From Opitutia bacterium (GTDB lineage: Bacteria; Verrucomicrobiota; Verrucomicrobiia; Opitutales; T3Sed10-336), in assembly GCA_050506795.1 (NCBI GenBank), contig JBJHCF010000008.1, positions 1 to 64,000 of the forward strand: a stretch of 64,000 nucleotides of DNA, given 5' to 3'. The position numbers were made by a program, and so were the translations under genes. Shown piece after piece: positions 7,940-18,537 of the stretch. The notes beneath the pieces are model-generated. The model was not told the DNA's origin and searched no databases. It worked only from the letters and a program-made list of their open reading frames with translations. Numbering within the stretch: the first letter of the stretch is position 1; each line of letters begins with the position of its first letter.

Positions 7940-10900
7940 ATGAACGACACACCCAGGCTCATCGAACACGCATTCCCGCTCGAACAGGCGTCACTTAACT
8001 CGGTGCACGAGAAGAACGTCCGTCACGGCCACATCTCGACGCTACACATCTGGCCGGCTCGGCGGCCGCTCGCGGCCTGCCGGGCCGCCCTCCTCGCCAC
8101 GCTTCTCCCGGATCCCGGGGATGAAAAGAAGCGACAGGAACTCTGCGAAAAGATCGGCGGAAAGTTCGTTGAGGTGAGAAAGCGCAAGAAGAAGCCCGAC
8201 GGAAGCATAGAGGAGCGCGTCGCCCGGGAGACGCACGGAGGCGTGCTCCACTGGCACGGGCAATCCCGGACTCCGGAGGAATGGAAGTCCGCCCGGCAGC
8301 ATGAGACGGACCTGGAATGGTTTCGCCAGGAAATCCGCAAGGTGTACGGGCGCGCGCCCAAAGTGCTCGACCCCTTCGCCGGGGGCGGCGCCATTCCACT
8401 CGAGGCGATGCGCCTCGGTTGCGAAACGACCGCCGTAGACATCAACCCGGTCGCCTGGTTCATCCTCAAGTGTACGCTGGAATACCCGCAGAAGCTGGCC
8501 GGGCAGCGGAAGCGTCTGCCCGACTTCGCGCTGAAGGACCGGGGGTTCATGGAAGACTATTTCAAGGCGATTCCCGGCAGCGATGGGCGTCCCAAGTACC
8601 GCACCCGAAAACAGTTGGAGGACCGTCTGCGTCAACACTTCGGCGAATCCCCAGCCAAACGCGGAAAGGCCCGCCAGGAGCAGGCCGAGTTCAACGACGA
8701 CCATCCGGACTGGAGCGAAGAAGACCACGGGCACGGCGAGGAACTGGAGGCCGATCTCGCCTGGCACGTCCGCGCCTGGGGGCACTGGGTACTGGCCGAA
8801 GCGCGCAAGGAACTTGCGCCGTTCTACCCGACCTACGCCGATTGGGAACCGCTGAAACCCGGACAAAAGCAGTACGAGAAACAACCCATGCGCCTCGTGC
8901 CCCTCAAGGAAGACGGCACACTCAACATGGACGCCCTCAACGGAAACCTCGGCGACGATTATCTGGAGGACAAAACCAATCCCCGCTGGGTGGCGAAGCC
9001 CACCGTCGCGTACCTCTGGGCTCGGACCGTCCAATGCAAGGACTGCGGCGCCACCGTCCCGCTTCTTAAAACCCGCTGGCTCTGCAAAAAGGATCGCAAG
9101 CGCGTGATGCTGACCATGGAATCGTTGGGGCGGGCAAATGGCGTTAACTTCGGGATTGAGAAGAATGTTCCCTCCAAAGGTGGCAACGCGGCGCAGAAAC
9201 GGGAACACGATAAAAAGATCGGAGCCGGGACTATGTCGCGGTCGGGTGCGACTTGTCCTTGTTGTGGAACCACACACACAATGGAAGACATTAAGGTATA
9301 CGGTTCTCAGAGCGAATCCGGCGAATGCTTAACCGTGGTAGTAACTGATGGTCCACACGGAAAAGAATACCGTTTGCCAACCAAACATGAAATACCAGCG
9401 TCACGGAATTTGGAGAATCTATTAGGTCAAATTTATCAAGTAATCCCACGTCATTTACCCAGTGAAAAAATCGTTGAAGATGCCAAAAGGAACACTTGGT
9501 GCGTTCAGCATGGAATAACTGAGTTTAATAAACTTTTCACCAACCGCCAACTGTTAGCCCTCGGTATTTTTGCGAAACATATTCGAACAATTGAATCGGA
9601 CTTCCATCCTGAATTAATAAGAAGTTATTTGGTTTGTGTATTTGGTAAACTTCTCGATTATGAAAACAAATGTACCTCTTGGTATTCACAGAACGAACAA
9701 ATAAGCCACCTGTTTAAACGTTTCGCGTTGCCTATGCTATGGGACTACACAGAAGCATCGCCGATCGGAGGTGCTTCTGGGAGTTGGAAATCAATGCTAA
9801 ACTCAGTAACCAAGGCTGTCGATACAGCTGTAAAATATTCTGCTGATCTTGAAGTGCCCTGCATTGAGAATAGATCGGCGATCTCATTTCAGTATCAGAA
9901 CTTCGATCTAATTATCACTGATCCACCGTATTACGATGCCATCGGGTATGCCGCTGTAATGGATTTCTTTTATGTTTGGCTAGCGCGATTAATAGGCGAC
10001 TACGACAAAAATTATGCTAGCGTATTTTCTGATCAACTATCTCCGAAGTGGAATGAGAACACGAAAGACGGAGAGCTTGTTGATGATGCGAGTCGACACG
10101 GAAATGACAAGGAAGCTTCGAAGAAGGCGTACGAAAATGGAATGGCATTAGTATTCAGGAATTGCTGCGAATCACTCGTTCCATCAGGACGATTTGTTGT
10201 TGTATTTGCAAACAAGAATCCTGATGCATGGGAGACTTTAGTATCTGCAATTATTAGAGCCGGCTTTGTCGTAGATGGAAGTTGGCCAATCCAAACGGAG
10301 ATGGCAAATCGTGCTCGTGCACACAGCTCATCCGCTCTCGCCTCCTCCGTCTGGCTCGTCTGCAAAAAGCGCCCTACTACCGCCCGCCCCGGCTGGGACA
10401 ACACGGTGCTCAACGAGATGCGTTCTAACATCACCGAAAAACTTCGCAACTTCTGGGATGCCGGGATTCGCGGCCCAGACTTTGTGTGGGCGGCGACGGG
10501 ACCCGCGCTGGAGGCTTACAGCAAACACCCCATCGTCAAGAAGGCGGATGAACCGGGCAAATTGATGACGGTGTCCGACTTTCTCGTCCACGCCCGGCGT
10601 ATGGTCGTCGATTTTGTGGTGGGACAGGTGCTCACGGGCCGGGAGAGCGATGAGGCCGATCTTTCGGCCGCGGACCGCTTGGACGAGCAAACCGCCTACT
10701 ACCTGCTTCACCGGAACGATTTCGGCTTCAATGAAGCGCCGACCGGGCCGGTTATTCTCTATGCGGTTTCGTGCGGGATGACCGATGGCGAGCTGGTCGA
10801 TACCTGGAGTCTTCTGGCCCGGGTGGGTAAAAAGTCCGCCGACGGCGATGAGGAGGACGACGATCCGGATTCCGATTCGGATACCGAAGCGGATTCAGGG

Positions 10901-11212
10901 AGCAAGGTAAAGTTGAAGACGTGGCAACAACGCAATCACAAGAGCCTCGGACTGGAGGCACCTAAAGGGCGAACAGTTCCGTTGATCGACCGCGTTCACC
11001 GGCTCATGCATCTCTGGAAGGCGGGGGATCTCACCAAGGTGAACGATTACATCGACGAGCACGGACTCCGTCGCAACGAACTCTTCAAGCGAGTGGTGCA
11101 GTCCCTGATCGAACTCTCGGAGGGGGGAAGCAGCGAACGGGCGCTCCTCGAAAGCATCAGCAACCACATTGGCGCAAAAGGCGCTATTGCACAGCAGACG
11201 CTGGACTACTAG
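7940..11212 (+). CDS. DUF1156-domain amino (N6-adenine-type) DNA methyltransferase with Zn ribbons
   Basis: 'LHIWPARRPLAACRA' (DUF1156), SAM-binding 'VLDPFAGGGAIPLEA', catalytic 'TDPPYYD', CxxC pairs. ATG at 7940. Confidence 0.92.
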   Translation: MNDTPRLIEHAFPLEQASLNSVHEKNVRHGHISTLHIWPARRPLAACRAALLATLLPDPGDEKKRQELCEKIGGKFVEVRKRKKKPDGSIEERVARETHGGVLHWHGQSRTPEEWKSARQHETDLEWFRQEIRKVYGRAPKVLDPFAGGGAIPLEAMRLGCETTAVDINPVAWFILKCTLEYPQKLAGQRKRLPDFALKDRGFMEDYFKAIPGSDGRPKYRTRKQLEDRLRQHFGESPAKRGKARQEQAEFNDDHPDWSEEDHGHGEELEADLAWHVRAWGHWVLAEARKELAPFYPTYADWEPLKPGQKQYEKQPMRLVPLKEDGTLNMDALNGNLGDDYLEDKTNPRWVAKPTVAYLWARTVQCKDCGATVPLLKTRWLCKKDRKRVMLTMESLGRANGVNFGIEKNVPSKGGNAAQKREHDKKIGAGTMSRSGATCPCCGTTHTMEDIKVYGSQSESGECLTVVVTDGPHGKEYRLPTKHEIPASRNLENLLGQIYQVIPRHLPSEKIVEDAKRNTWCVQHGITEFNKLFTNRQLLALGIFAKHIRTIESDFHPELIRSYLVCVFGKLLDYENKCTSWYSQNEQISHLFKRFALPMLWDYTEASPIGGASGSWKSMLNSVTKAVDTAVKYSADLEVPCIENRSAISFQYQNFDLIITDPPYYDAIGYAAVMDFFYVWLARLIGDYDKNYASVFSDQLSPKWNENTKDGELVDDASRHGNDKEASKKAYENGMALVFRNCCESLVPSGRFVVVFANKNPDAWETLVSAIIRAGFVVDGSWPIQTEMANRARAHSSSALASSVWLVCKKRPTTARPGWDNTVLNEMRSNITEKLRNFWDAGIRGPDFVWAATGPALEAYSKHPIVKKADEPGKLMTVSDFLVHARRMVVDFVVGQVLTGRESDEADLSAADRLDEQTAYYLLHRNDFGFNEAPTGPVILYAVSCGMTDGELVDTWSLLARVGKKSADGDEEDDDPDSDSDTEADSGSKVKLKTWQQRNHKSLGLEAPKGRTVPLIDRVHRLMHLWKAGDLTKVNDYIDEHGLRRNELFKRVVQSLIELSEGGSSERALLESISNHIGAKGAIAQQTLDY

Positions 11213-11234
11213 TAAATGGCGAAAGGATAAAACA

Positions 11235-14200
11235 ATGCCGAAATTACCATGGAAGCCCTGGCACGAAGTGGTCGCTTTGCGCGACGATCTGAAAACGGGC
11301 GAGCTTTCGCTCAGTCTCTTCGCCGCCGATCTTTACGAAGTGCTCATGCAGAGCGGCAAGCGGCCGGTCTATGAACATGCGGAGGAATTCTTCGCGCTCA
11401 CCTATCCCACGCATAATTTGCGGACCCTCGTGCGCGACGTGGCGCTGCGGATCGCGGGGAAAAACGACAAGGCGGTCCGGCAACTGGAGCTCACTTACGG
11501 CGGCGGCAAGACGCATACCCTGATCACGCTGCGCCACCTGCACCACGATCCGGCCAACCTGCCGAACGTGCCCTCGGTCGCGGAGTTTAAGGAGGAAATC
11601 GGTGAAACGCCCACGCGTGCGAAGATTGTGGGGCTCTGCTTCGACAAGATCGACGTCGAAACCCCCATTGAGGCAAGGGGACCCGAGGGGGAGGAGCGAA
11701 AGTTGCTCCAGCCCTGGAGCTTCCTCGCCTACCAGTTGCTCGGTGATGAAGGGTTGAAGATTCTTCACAAGGACGGAAAGGCGGAAGAACGGGTCTCGCC
11801 GCCTTCGGAGTTGCTGATCACCAAGCTGTTCGATGCGGCCACGGCCAATGGCGACGGTGTGCTGGTTCTGCTCGACGAGGTGATCGCCTATGCCCGTCAA
11901 AAGATCAATCTGGATGCCAAGTGGGAGAGCATCATGGAAGACTTTTTTCAGTTTCTCACCCAGGCGGCAGGAAAAACGAACCGGTGCTGTATCGTCGCGT
12001 CGATCCTGGCATCCGACGTGAAATACCAGGATGCCGTCGGCAATCGGCTTCGGGACAAGTTCTACGCGATCTTCCAGCGACAACGGGAAGAGGCGATCGA
12101 ACCCGTCGAGAAGCGGGATGTCGCCGAGGTGCTGCGCCGTCGCTTTTTCAAACCGGAATCCATCCGGGACGTTGCAAGCTTCAAACCCCATGTGATCGCG
12201 GCGCTCAAGGGAGTTATCGAAGCCGACGACGAGACCCGCCGGAATCAAGCGGACGCGGAGGACCGCTATCTGCGGAGCTATCCATTCGATCCCGAGCTTA
12301 CCGATGCCTTTTATTCCAAATGGACCTCGATCAATGGTTTTCAGAAAGCCCGAGGCGTACTCCGGGTCTTCGCTCTGGCGATTCGCGAGGCGGCCCGGTG
12401 GGACACCAGTCCGCTCATCGGCGCGGGGGCCTTTCTGCGTGAACCCGAGGAGGAAGGTCTCTCGAACGCGGCTCATGAGTTGGTGACGATCGCCGACGGA
12501 CAGGATACCGAGGGCAAGCGGGCAAACTGGACGGGTATCCTGACGAGTGAGATTGGTCGGGCGAAGAAGATTCAGAACGACTCGATCGGACTGGACTCAC
12601 GCGAGATCGAAATCGCGGCATTTGCAACCTTCCTGCACTCCCAGCCCACGGGCCGGTCGGCACGACTGCGCGACCTGATCCTGTTGCTCGCGCCTTCCCG
12701 GCCCGACAAGATTGAGCTGGAAAAAGGGCTGAAGCGATGGGCCCGCATGAGTTTTTGGCTGGATGATCGTCACACCGCGAACGCGGAAGAGAAGCTTCCC
12801 GAAACATGGGCGCTGGGCAATCGCCCCAATCTGAATCAAATGCACGCAAAGGCGGCTGCGGAAATCGACGGGGATGTCGTGAAGGCGCGTCTTCTCGATG
12901 AAATCGGCAAAGCAAAGGATCTGACGCGTGGCGCCTCCGCCAGCGGAGTCCGCGTTCACACACTCCCGCAGAAGCCCAAGGACGTCGAAGACGACGGCGA
13001 TTTCCATTACGCCATACTCGGCCCCGACGCGACCTCCGAATCCGGCAAGCCGAGCGCGGAGGCCACCCGATTTCTCAATGAAACCACCAGTGCGGAGAAG
13101 CCCCGGGTGTATCGAAATGCAATCATCCTGCTTACCCCGACCAGGGACGGGGTTGAGTTGGCCAGAAGTGCGATACGTGACTACCTCGCTTGGGAGCAGG
13201 TGCGCACCGACTTGAAGGACGAAAGCGATGACGGCCAGGTCGACGTGGCGCGCATGCAGACGCTGGCAATCCGTGTGAAGGAAGCTCAGGGCAAAATCAG
13301 CGGCGCGATTTATCAGGCGTACAGCACGGTGGTGACCATCAACGAGAAAAACGAACCTCACGCCTTCAAGCTGTCGATCAGCGACGAGCCGCACTTCCAG
13401 ATCATCAAGAACGAGCCGCGGTCCCGGATAAAAGATACGGCGATCAATGCCGAGTCGCTTCTCCCGGGTGGTCCCTACGACTTGTGGAATGAGGGTCAAA
13501 CGACGAGGCGTGTCAAAGATTTGACCGGCGCTTTTGCTCAGCTTCCAAGGCTTCCCAAGATGCTCAAGGCGGAAACGATTCTGGAGACACTTGTGGATGG
13601 ATGCAAAAACGGCGCCTTTGTTCTCAAACTTCGAAGACCGGACGGTTCCGAGCGATCATGGTGGTTCTCCACCCCGGACGACAACGCGCTTAAAGATCCG
13701 GCTCTGGAGCTGGTTCTGGCGGACAAATCCGAGCTAGTCGAAGTCGACCCGTCGTTGATCGCAAAGGACAAACTCCCCGGTCTCTGGAACGAGTCCGAAA
13801 TCACGGTGCAGGACGTGTACGACTATTTCAAGGGCGAGCACGTGATCCAGGTGACGAAAGGTGAATACGAGGAACCGCTGATCATCCCAATGGCACATCA
13901 GACAGTCGTTGATAAAGCCATCAAGGCCGCCGTCGAAAAAGGTGACGTCTGGCTCATCAATGGTCCGACCAGCATCTGCGGCGAAGAAGTCGCTCCCGGG
14001 ATATTAAACGCCAAGGCAACGTTACTTCCGCCCCCGGAGCCCATTAGCGTTACGGACATACTCCCGGAGGTGTTACCTGAAGCTTGGGCTGAGGGAAAGG
14101 CCAGCGCATCCGCAATTGCTTCCGCGCTCGCGCAAAAAGCAGGCAAGACACTTCCGTGGAAGACGGTCGAGGCTGTTATCACACAATCGATCAACAACCG

Positions 14201-14573
14201 CTACTTGAAATTGAGCAATAAATCCGCGGAATGGCCCTGCGACTTCTCCGGAGCAGAAAAGGTTACCCTGGAAGAAACCGGACAGGAGGCTAAAAAGGAC
14301 GATTCCGTCGAAGAAGGGAGTTCCAAGCATTTCGCCTCGGCAGTTGTCGACCTGGACGATGCCCAAGACCTTCTCGACACCCTGGCCAACGAAACCGTAC
14401 CAACACTCCTCGAAATCAAAGCGAAAAGCGGTGTCGCAATGAAGATTCGTATACGAATCGAACGCGACGCCGAATCAGGAGAATTGACAGCCGAAACCAC
14501 CGCAGAGATCCGAAAAGCACTGAAGGCCGCCTCAGGAGAGTTCAAGGTGAATCACTCAACCAGCGCCCATTAA
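11235..14573 (+). CDS. DUF499 family AAA+ ATPase
   Basis: 'KPWHEVVALRDDL...FAADL', Walker A 'YGGGKTH', Walker B 'LVLLDE', 'YPFDPEL'. RBS GAAAGGA before ATG 11235. Confidence 0.9.
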   Translation: MPKLPWKPWHEVVALRDDLKTGELSLSLFAADLYEVLMQSGKRPVYEHAEEFFALTYPTHNLRTLVRDVALRIAGKNDKAVRQLELTYGGGKTHTLITLRHLHHDPANLPNVPSVAEFKEEIGETPTRAKIVGLCFDKIDVETPIEARGPEGEERKLLQPWSFLAYQLLGDEGLKILHKDGKAEERVSPPSELLITKLFDAATANGDGVLVLLDEVIAYARQKINLDAKWESIMEDFFQFLTQAAGKTNRCCIVASILASDVKYQDAVGNRLRDKFYAIFQRQREEAIEPVEKRDVAEVLRRRFFKPESIRDVASFKPHVIAALKGVIEADDETRRNQADAEDRYLRSYPFDPELTDAFYSKWTSINGFQKARGVLRVFALAIREAARWDTSPLIGAGAFLREPEEEGLSNAAHELVTIADGQDTEGKRANWTGILTSEIGRAKKIQNDSIGLDSREIEIAAFATFLHSQPTGRSARLRDLILLLAPSRPDKIELEKGLKRWARMSFWLDDRHTANAEEKLPETWALGNRPNLNQMHAKAAAEIDGDVVKARLLDEIGKAKDLTRGASASGVRVHTLPQKPKDVEDDGDFHYAILGPDATSESGKPSAEATRFLNETTSAEKPRVYRNAIILLTPTRDGVELARSAIRDYLAWEQVRTDLKDESDDGQVDVARMQTLAIRVKEAQGKISGAIYQAYSTVVTINEKNEPHAFKLSISDEPHFQIIKNEPRSRIKDTAINAESLLPGGPYDLWNEGQTTRRVKDLTGAFAQLPRLPKMLKAETILETLVDGCKNGAFVLKLRRPDGSERSWWFSTPDDNALKDPALELVLADKSELVEVDPSLIAKDKLPGLWNESEITVQDVYDYFKGEHVIQVTKGEYEEPLIIPMAHQTVVDKAIKAAVEKGDVWLINGPTSICGEEVAPGILNAKATLLPPPEPISVTDILPEVLPEAWAEGKASASAIASALAQKAGKTLPWKTVEAVITQSINNRYLKLSNKSAEWPCDFSGAEKVTLEETGQEAKKDDSVEEGSSKHFASAVVDLDDAQDLLDTLANETVPTLLEIKAKSGVAMKIRIRIERDAESGELTAETTAEIRKALKAASGEFKVNHSTSAH

Positions 14574-14589
14574 GTATGGTTTGAATGGA

Positions 14590-15183
14590 TCAGACGGGCT
14601 CCAGGACGAACAACCGTTGTTTGTGCAGACCGCTCGACAGCCATTTCTCGGATTCCAAGCGAAGTCCGTTCCGCTCGAAAACCCTGCGCCACGTGGCCGT
14701 TGTTTTGAAATGAAGCGCTTCGGGCATTGTGTCGTCCGAACGAACGCGATTGAAGGTGCGGTCCATGAAGGTAAGAAAGCGCCTTCCGAGGCGTGTCTGA
14801 TAGACGGATTCCGTGACGATCACCCTTCGGCGCGCCACCCGGGAGGCTTCGGCGAGAACCCGGCCGGGATCGGTGCAATGGTGAAGGGTGAGCAGCAGTG
14901 TGACCGTGTCGAAGGAACTCTCGGGATGAGGGATCGTACGGCCATCGTAAAGGCGGAGCGGAAGCGATGTTCGATTGAGATCGACCACATCGAGAAGCTG
15001 GGCCTCCATTCCCGTTTCCTTTGCCGCGTCTTCCGCAACCCATCCCTCCGCCGCCCCGATGTCCAGAAGGCGGCGGCCCACGAGGTAAGGCTGGATCTGG
15101 CGGAACCGCTTCCGGCTGTTCTTCCTCATCCAGCTGGAAAAGCCGTGGGCGGCAGGTTCGGATTGTATTCGCTTTTCAGGCAT
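14590..15183 (-). CDS. Class I SAM-dependent methyltransferase
   Basis: 'LLDIGAAEG', 'FDTVTLLLTLHH', 'LAEASRV'. Confidence 0.85.
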   Translation of the reverse strand: MPEKRIQSEPAAHGFSSWMRKNSRKRFRQIQPYLVGRRLLDIGAAEGWVAEDAAKETGMEAQLLDVVDLNRTSLPLRLYDGRTIPHPESSFDTVTLLLTLHHCTDPGRVLAEASRVARRRVIVTESVYQTRLGRRFLTFMDRTFNRVRSDDTMPEALHFKTTATWRRVFERNGLRLESEKWLSSGLHKQRLFVLEPV

Positions 15184-15256
15184 TTGAGATCTTCAGATCT
15201 TCGCGGTTTGTGTGTGCTTCGAACGTGCGACATCCATAAGTATATTCGCACCAGAA

Positions 15257-15319
15257 GGTCCGGCTTAAGCACGGACCTACGTGAGGAGGCGCGGAGTAGC
15301 GCCGTGCTTCAGCCGGCGC
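15257..15319. repeat. Inverted pair of GTAG-type REP-like palindromes
   Basis: GGTCCGGCTTAAGCACGGACCTAC (15257-15280) and GTAGCGCCGTGCTTCAGCCGGCGC (15296-15319). Confidence 0.8.
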
Positions 15320-15396
15320 AGGGCCCGCGTAGAAAGCAACCAGGCGCTGTCGTGATTCACCCTTCATAAATCAAACTTCAGCCTTCATCCTTTCTA

Positions 15397-16932
15397 TCAC
15401 CTCGTCCACGCGAGCCACTTTCCAAACAGTTTTTTCAGAAGTGGTGTGAAGCGGGTGCGGTTGTAGGCGTCGCCGATGCGCTGGATGGCCTCCGCGGTGG
15501 TGGGATACGGGTGGATGACCCCCGACAGCGCGCTCAGCTTCATGCCGGCGTGCACGGCGACGGTGATTTCCGAAATCAGGTCGCCGGCGTGTTCGCCGAC
15601 AATCGTCGCCCCGACAATGCGGCCCTTGACCGCGTGGACCTTTACAAATCCTTCGTCGTGGCCTTCCAGGATGGCGCGGTCGACCTCGTCGAATTTTTGC
15701 ATGAAGGTCTGCACGGCGTCGCCGTAGGTTTCCTTCGCCTCGTTTTCATACAGACCCACATGAGCGATCTCCGGTTGGGTGTATGTGCACCAGGGCACGA
15801 TAAGATCGGTGTGCTTCTTCCGACCTTTGAACAGCGCGTTCTGAATCACCAGCCGCGCCGTCGCCCCCGCCATGTGGGTGAATTTCTGTTTCATGGCCAC
15901 GTCGCCAATGGCGAAGATCCGGGGATTGGTGGTGCGGAGGGCGCCGTCCACCTTGACCCCGGCCCGCTGGTCGAATTCCACCCCCGCCGCCTCCAGGCCA
16001 ATCCTTTCCACATTGGGAGCGCGGCCGACACCGACCAGGATCTGATCAAACTCCAGTCGTTCCTCCTCCCCTTCCTTCGTCAGGTGAATGATCCTGGTGT
16101 CGCCGGAACGTTCCACCTTCTCGATTTTGACCTCGCAGCGGGAGGTGACCCCGTCCGCGTGCAGCGCGTTGCGGACGATCTCCGCGGCTTCCGTGTCCTC
16201 GCGAGGCAGGATGCGGCATTCGGCTTCGAACAGGGTGACCCTGCTGCCGAATCGGGCGAAGGCCTGCGCCATTTCGCAGCCGATGGGGCCCGCGCCGATA
16301 ATGGCCAGGCGCTCGGGCAATGCCGTCAGGGAAAACAGCGTTTCATTGGTCAGGGCGCCGGATTCCGCCAGTCCGGGGATGGGCAGAACGATGGCCCGTC
16401 CCCCCGTGGCGATCACCGCTTTGGAGAACTTGAGTTCCTTTCCCTCCACAAGCACGGTTTCCCCATCCCGGAACGTCGCTTCGCCGAAAAACACATCGAC
16501 CCCGAGATCCCGAAACCGTTCGGCGGAATCGTTCGGTCCGATACCGGCGCGCAGTTTCCGCATGCGCTCCATGACCGCCGGGAAATCGACCTTCGGCTCC
16601 CCCTCCACCCTCACGCCGAACTCCCCGGCGCTCCGCACCGCCGCCGCCCGCTTGGCCGCGGCCAGCAACGCTTTGGAGGGCACGCAGCCGACGTTCAGGC
16701 AATCGCCGCCCAGGGCGTGTTTCTCAATCAACGCCACCCTGGCCCCCAGGCCCGCGGCGCCGGCCGCGGTGACCAGCCCGCCGCCGCCCGCGCCGAGAAC
16801 GACAAGGTTGTAGCGTCCGGACGGCTCCGGATTTCGCCAATCCGGCGGCGCCACATGGGAGCGCAGCTCGCGGTTGGTCGGAGTATCCGGTTGAAAAAGA
16901 TCAGGCAGGGATTCGGTCGTTGTTTCGGTCAT
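15397..16932 (-). CDS. FAD-dependent pyridine nucleotide-disulfide oxidoreductase (mercuric reductase/dihydrolipoamide dehydrogenase-like)
   Basis: 'VVLGAGGGG', 'LGGDCLNVGCVPSK', 'IIGAGPIGCE', 'HPYPTTAE'. Lacks the C-terminal Cys-Cys of true MerA. Confidence 0.9.
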   Translation of the reverse strand: MTETTTESLPDLFQPDTPTNRELRSHVAPPDWRNPEPSGRYNLVVLGAGGGGLVTAAGAAGLGARVALIEKHALGGDCLNVGCVPSKALLAAAKRAAAVRSAGEFGVRVEGEPKVDFPAVMERMRKLRAGIGPNDSAERFRDLGVDVFFGEATFRDGETVLVEGKELKFSKAVIATGGRAIVLPIPGLAESGALTNETLFSLTALPERLAIIGAGPIGCEMAQAFARFGSRVTLFEAECRILPREDTEAAEIVRNALHADGVTSRCEVKIEKVERSGDTRIIHLTKEGEEERLEFDQILVGVGRAPNVERIGLEAAGVEFDQRAGVKVDGALRTTNPRIFAIGDVAMKQKFTHMAGATARLVIQNALFKGRKKHTDLIVPWCTYTQPEIAHVGLYENEAKETYGDAVQTFMQKFDEVDRAILEGHDEGFVKVHAVKGRIVGATIVGEHAGDLISEITVAVHAGMKLSALSGVIHPYPTTAEAIQRIGDAYNRTRFTPLLKKLFGKWLAWTR

Positions 16933-17108
16933 GGTATCTGTTAATCCAATTAAATTCACCTCTATAAGACCCGACGAGCACGCGGATTGATTATTCCCGG
17001 GAATAATCACCCGAAAGCATCGTCATATTCCCTATTGAGAAAGTGCCGGTACGATGCCGATTTCAATCAATGCTTTCCGTTAAACCGACTCAACGACAAC
17101 CACGATTC

Positions 17109-17681
17109 ATGATCCGTTCCTCCACAACACCGACCGCCGACAAACCGTGCCTCGACGCGGCCGTCGAGGCGCTTTTTCAAGGAGAGCTCATGTTGAGCCT
17201 GGTCAACGAAACCACCTATACGAAGCCTGTACCGGAGGTTTTTAACGCAACTATCGGCGGACATTTTCGCCATGTGCTCGATCACTTTCAGATCGTGCTC
17301 GATGCCCTGGAGACCCGTACGTTGGACTACAGCAGACGTCCGCGCGAGCAGGCGATCGAAACCTCCCCCGCGCGAGCTCTCGACCGAACCCGCGACCTGG
17401 CGGATCGATTCGCCGGCATTGAAGCAACAGCCATGGCGCGACCCATCCAGGTAACCGACACCCTTTCCGAGGAGAACGACAGCCCAACCGCCATATTTTC
17501 ATCATCCATCGCCCGCGAAACCCTTTACGCGGTCCACCACGCGATCCACCACTTCGCCATGATTCGCGTCATGGGCCAGCTGATGGACGTCCGCTTTCCG
17601 GAGGACTTCGGAGTGGCGATTTCGACCCTGCGACACCGTCGCCATAACGGAGACCTTCGAAGGGACCAATCCTCCGGTTAG
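17109..17681 (+). CDS. DinB/YfiT-family putative metalloprotein
   Basis: 'IGGHFRHVLDHF', 'LDYSRRPRE', 'HHAIHHFAMIR', 'FGVAIST'. Start uncertain. Confidence 0.75.
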   Translation: MIRSSTTPTADKPCLDAAVEALFQGELMLSLVNETTYTKPVPEVFNATIGGHFRHVLDHFQIVLDALETRTLDYSRRPREQAIETSPARALDRTRDLADRFAGIEATAMARPIQVTDTLSEENDSPTAIFSSSIARETLYAVHHAIHHFAMIRVMGQLMDVRFPEDFGVAISTLRHRRHNGDLRRDQSSG

Positions 17682-17742
17682 CACACCGTTTAGCCTCCCT
17701 TGACTCAGCAACAACAATCGCAAAACCACACGTCGCCAACTT

Positions 17743-18537
17743 ATGTGCACCGCTTCCTGGATACGCTTCCAAGGAGGATTCATCCTTCTCTTCAACCGCG
17801 ATGAACGTCGCGACCGGGCCAGGGCCGGTAGGCCGCGGATAATCGAGGTCAATGGTGGGAAAGCGGTCGCTCCCCGCGACGAAGAAGCGGGAGGAACCTG
17901 GATTTTCGCCAACGACTCAGGGTGTGCCGGCGCGCTGCTGAATCACTACCCCCTGCAAAAAACCGATGAGGACAGTACCCGCGATTTCATCAGCCGCGGC
18001 CGACTTCTGCACGAATGCTCCGGCGCCCCCTCCTCGGAAGCCCTGGCCGCCACCCTGCGCAATACCCTGGATTCGGGACCGTTTCGTCCCTTCCTGCTGG
18101 CCTTTTTTTCTCCGCAGGAGCCTCCGTTGCTATGGACCTGGGACGGAACCCGTCTGCACCCGCCGTCGGCGCCCGAACCCCCCGTGACAACGTCTTCGTG
18201 GCAATCGTCCGTGGTCGAAGCAAACCGGCGACGGGCCTTCGAAAACCGGTTTCCGAAAGGACAACCCGTCTCCCCCGACGACCTGGAAGCTTTCCATCTC
18301 GGCAAAGACGTAACCCCGGGACCGGGTGGGGTATTAATGGAACGGGACGACGCCCGGACGGTCAGTTTTACGCGGATCGATGTCGGGCCGCTCCATGTTC
18401 AAATGACCTACCGTGAACGGCTTTCCGGCAACCGTTTCGAAGCGCCTCACCGTACCGTGCTTCCCCGAAGTGAATCCATCACTTTTCCCCACCCGCCCAA
18501 CCGCCGCTCTCACCATCGGATCCGCTCATGCCATTGA
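17743..18537 (+). CDS. NRDE (TANGO2-like) family Ntn-fold protein
   Basis: N-terminal 'MCT...LFNRDE', 'AGGTWI', 'SRGRL', 'TTSS'. Confidence 0.88.
   Translation: MCTASWIRFQGGFILLFNRDERRDRARAGRPRIIEVNGGKAVAPRDEEAGGTWIFANDSGCAGALLNHYPLQKTDEDSTRDFISRGRLLHECSGAPSSEALAATLRNTLDSGPFRPFLLAFFSPQEPPLLWTWDGTRLHPPSAPEPPVTTSSWQSSVVEANRRRAFENRFPKGQPVSPDDLEAFHLGKDVTPGPGGVLMERDDARTVSFTRIDVGPLHVQMTYRERLSGNRFEAPHRTVLPRSESITFPHPPNRRSHHRIRSCH

Noticed and set aside
909..14589. Defence island as an autonomous mobile element
   Set aside because: No integrase, transposase, tRNA target or flanking direct repeats were found by eye.
15397..16932. merA mercury resistance gene
   Set aside because: No C-terminal Cys-Cys, no NmerA domain and no mer operon context.
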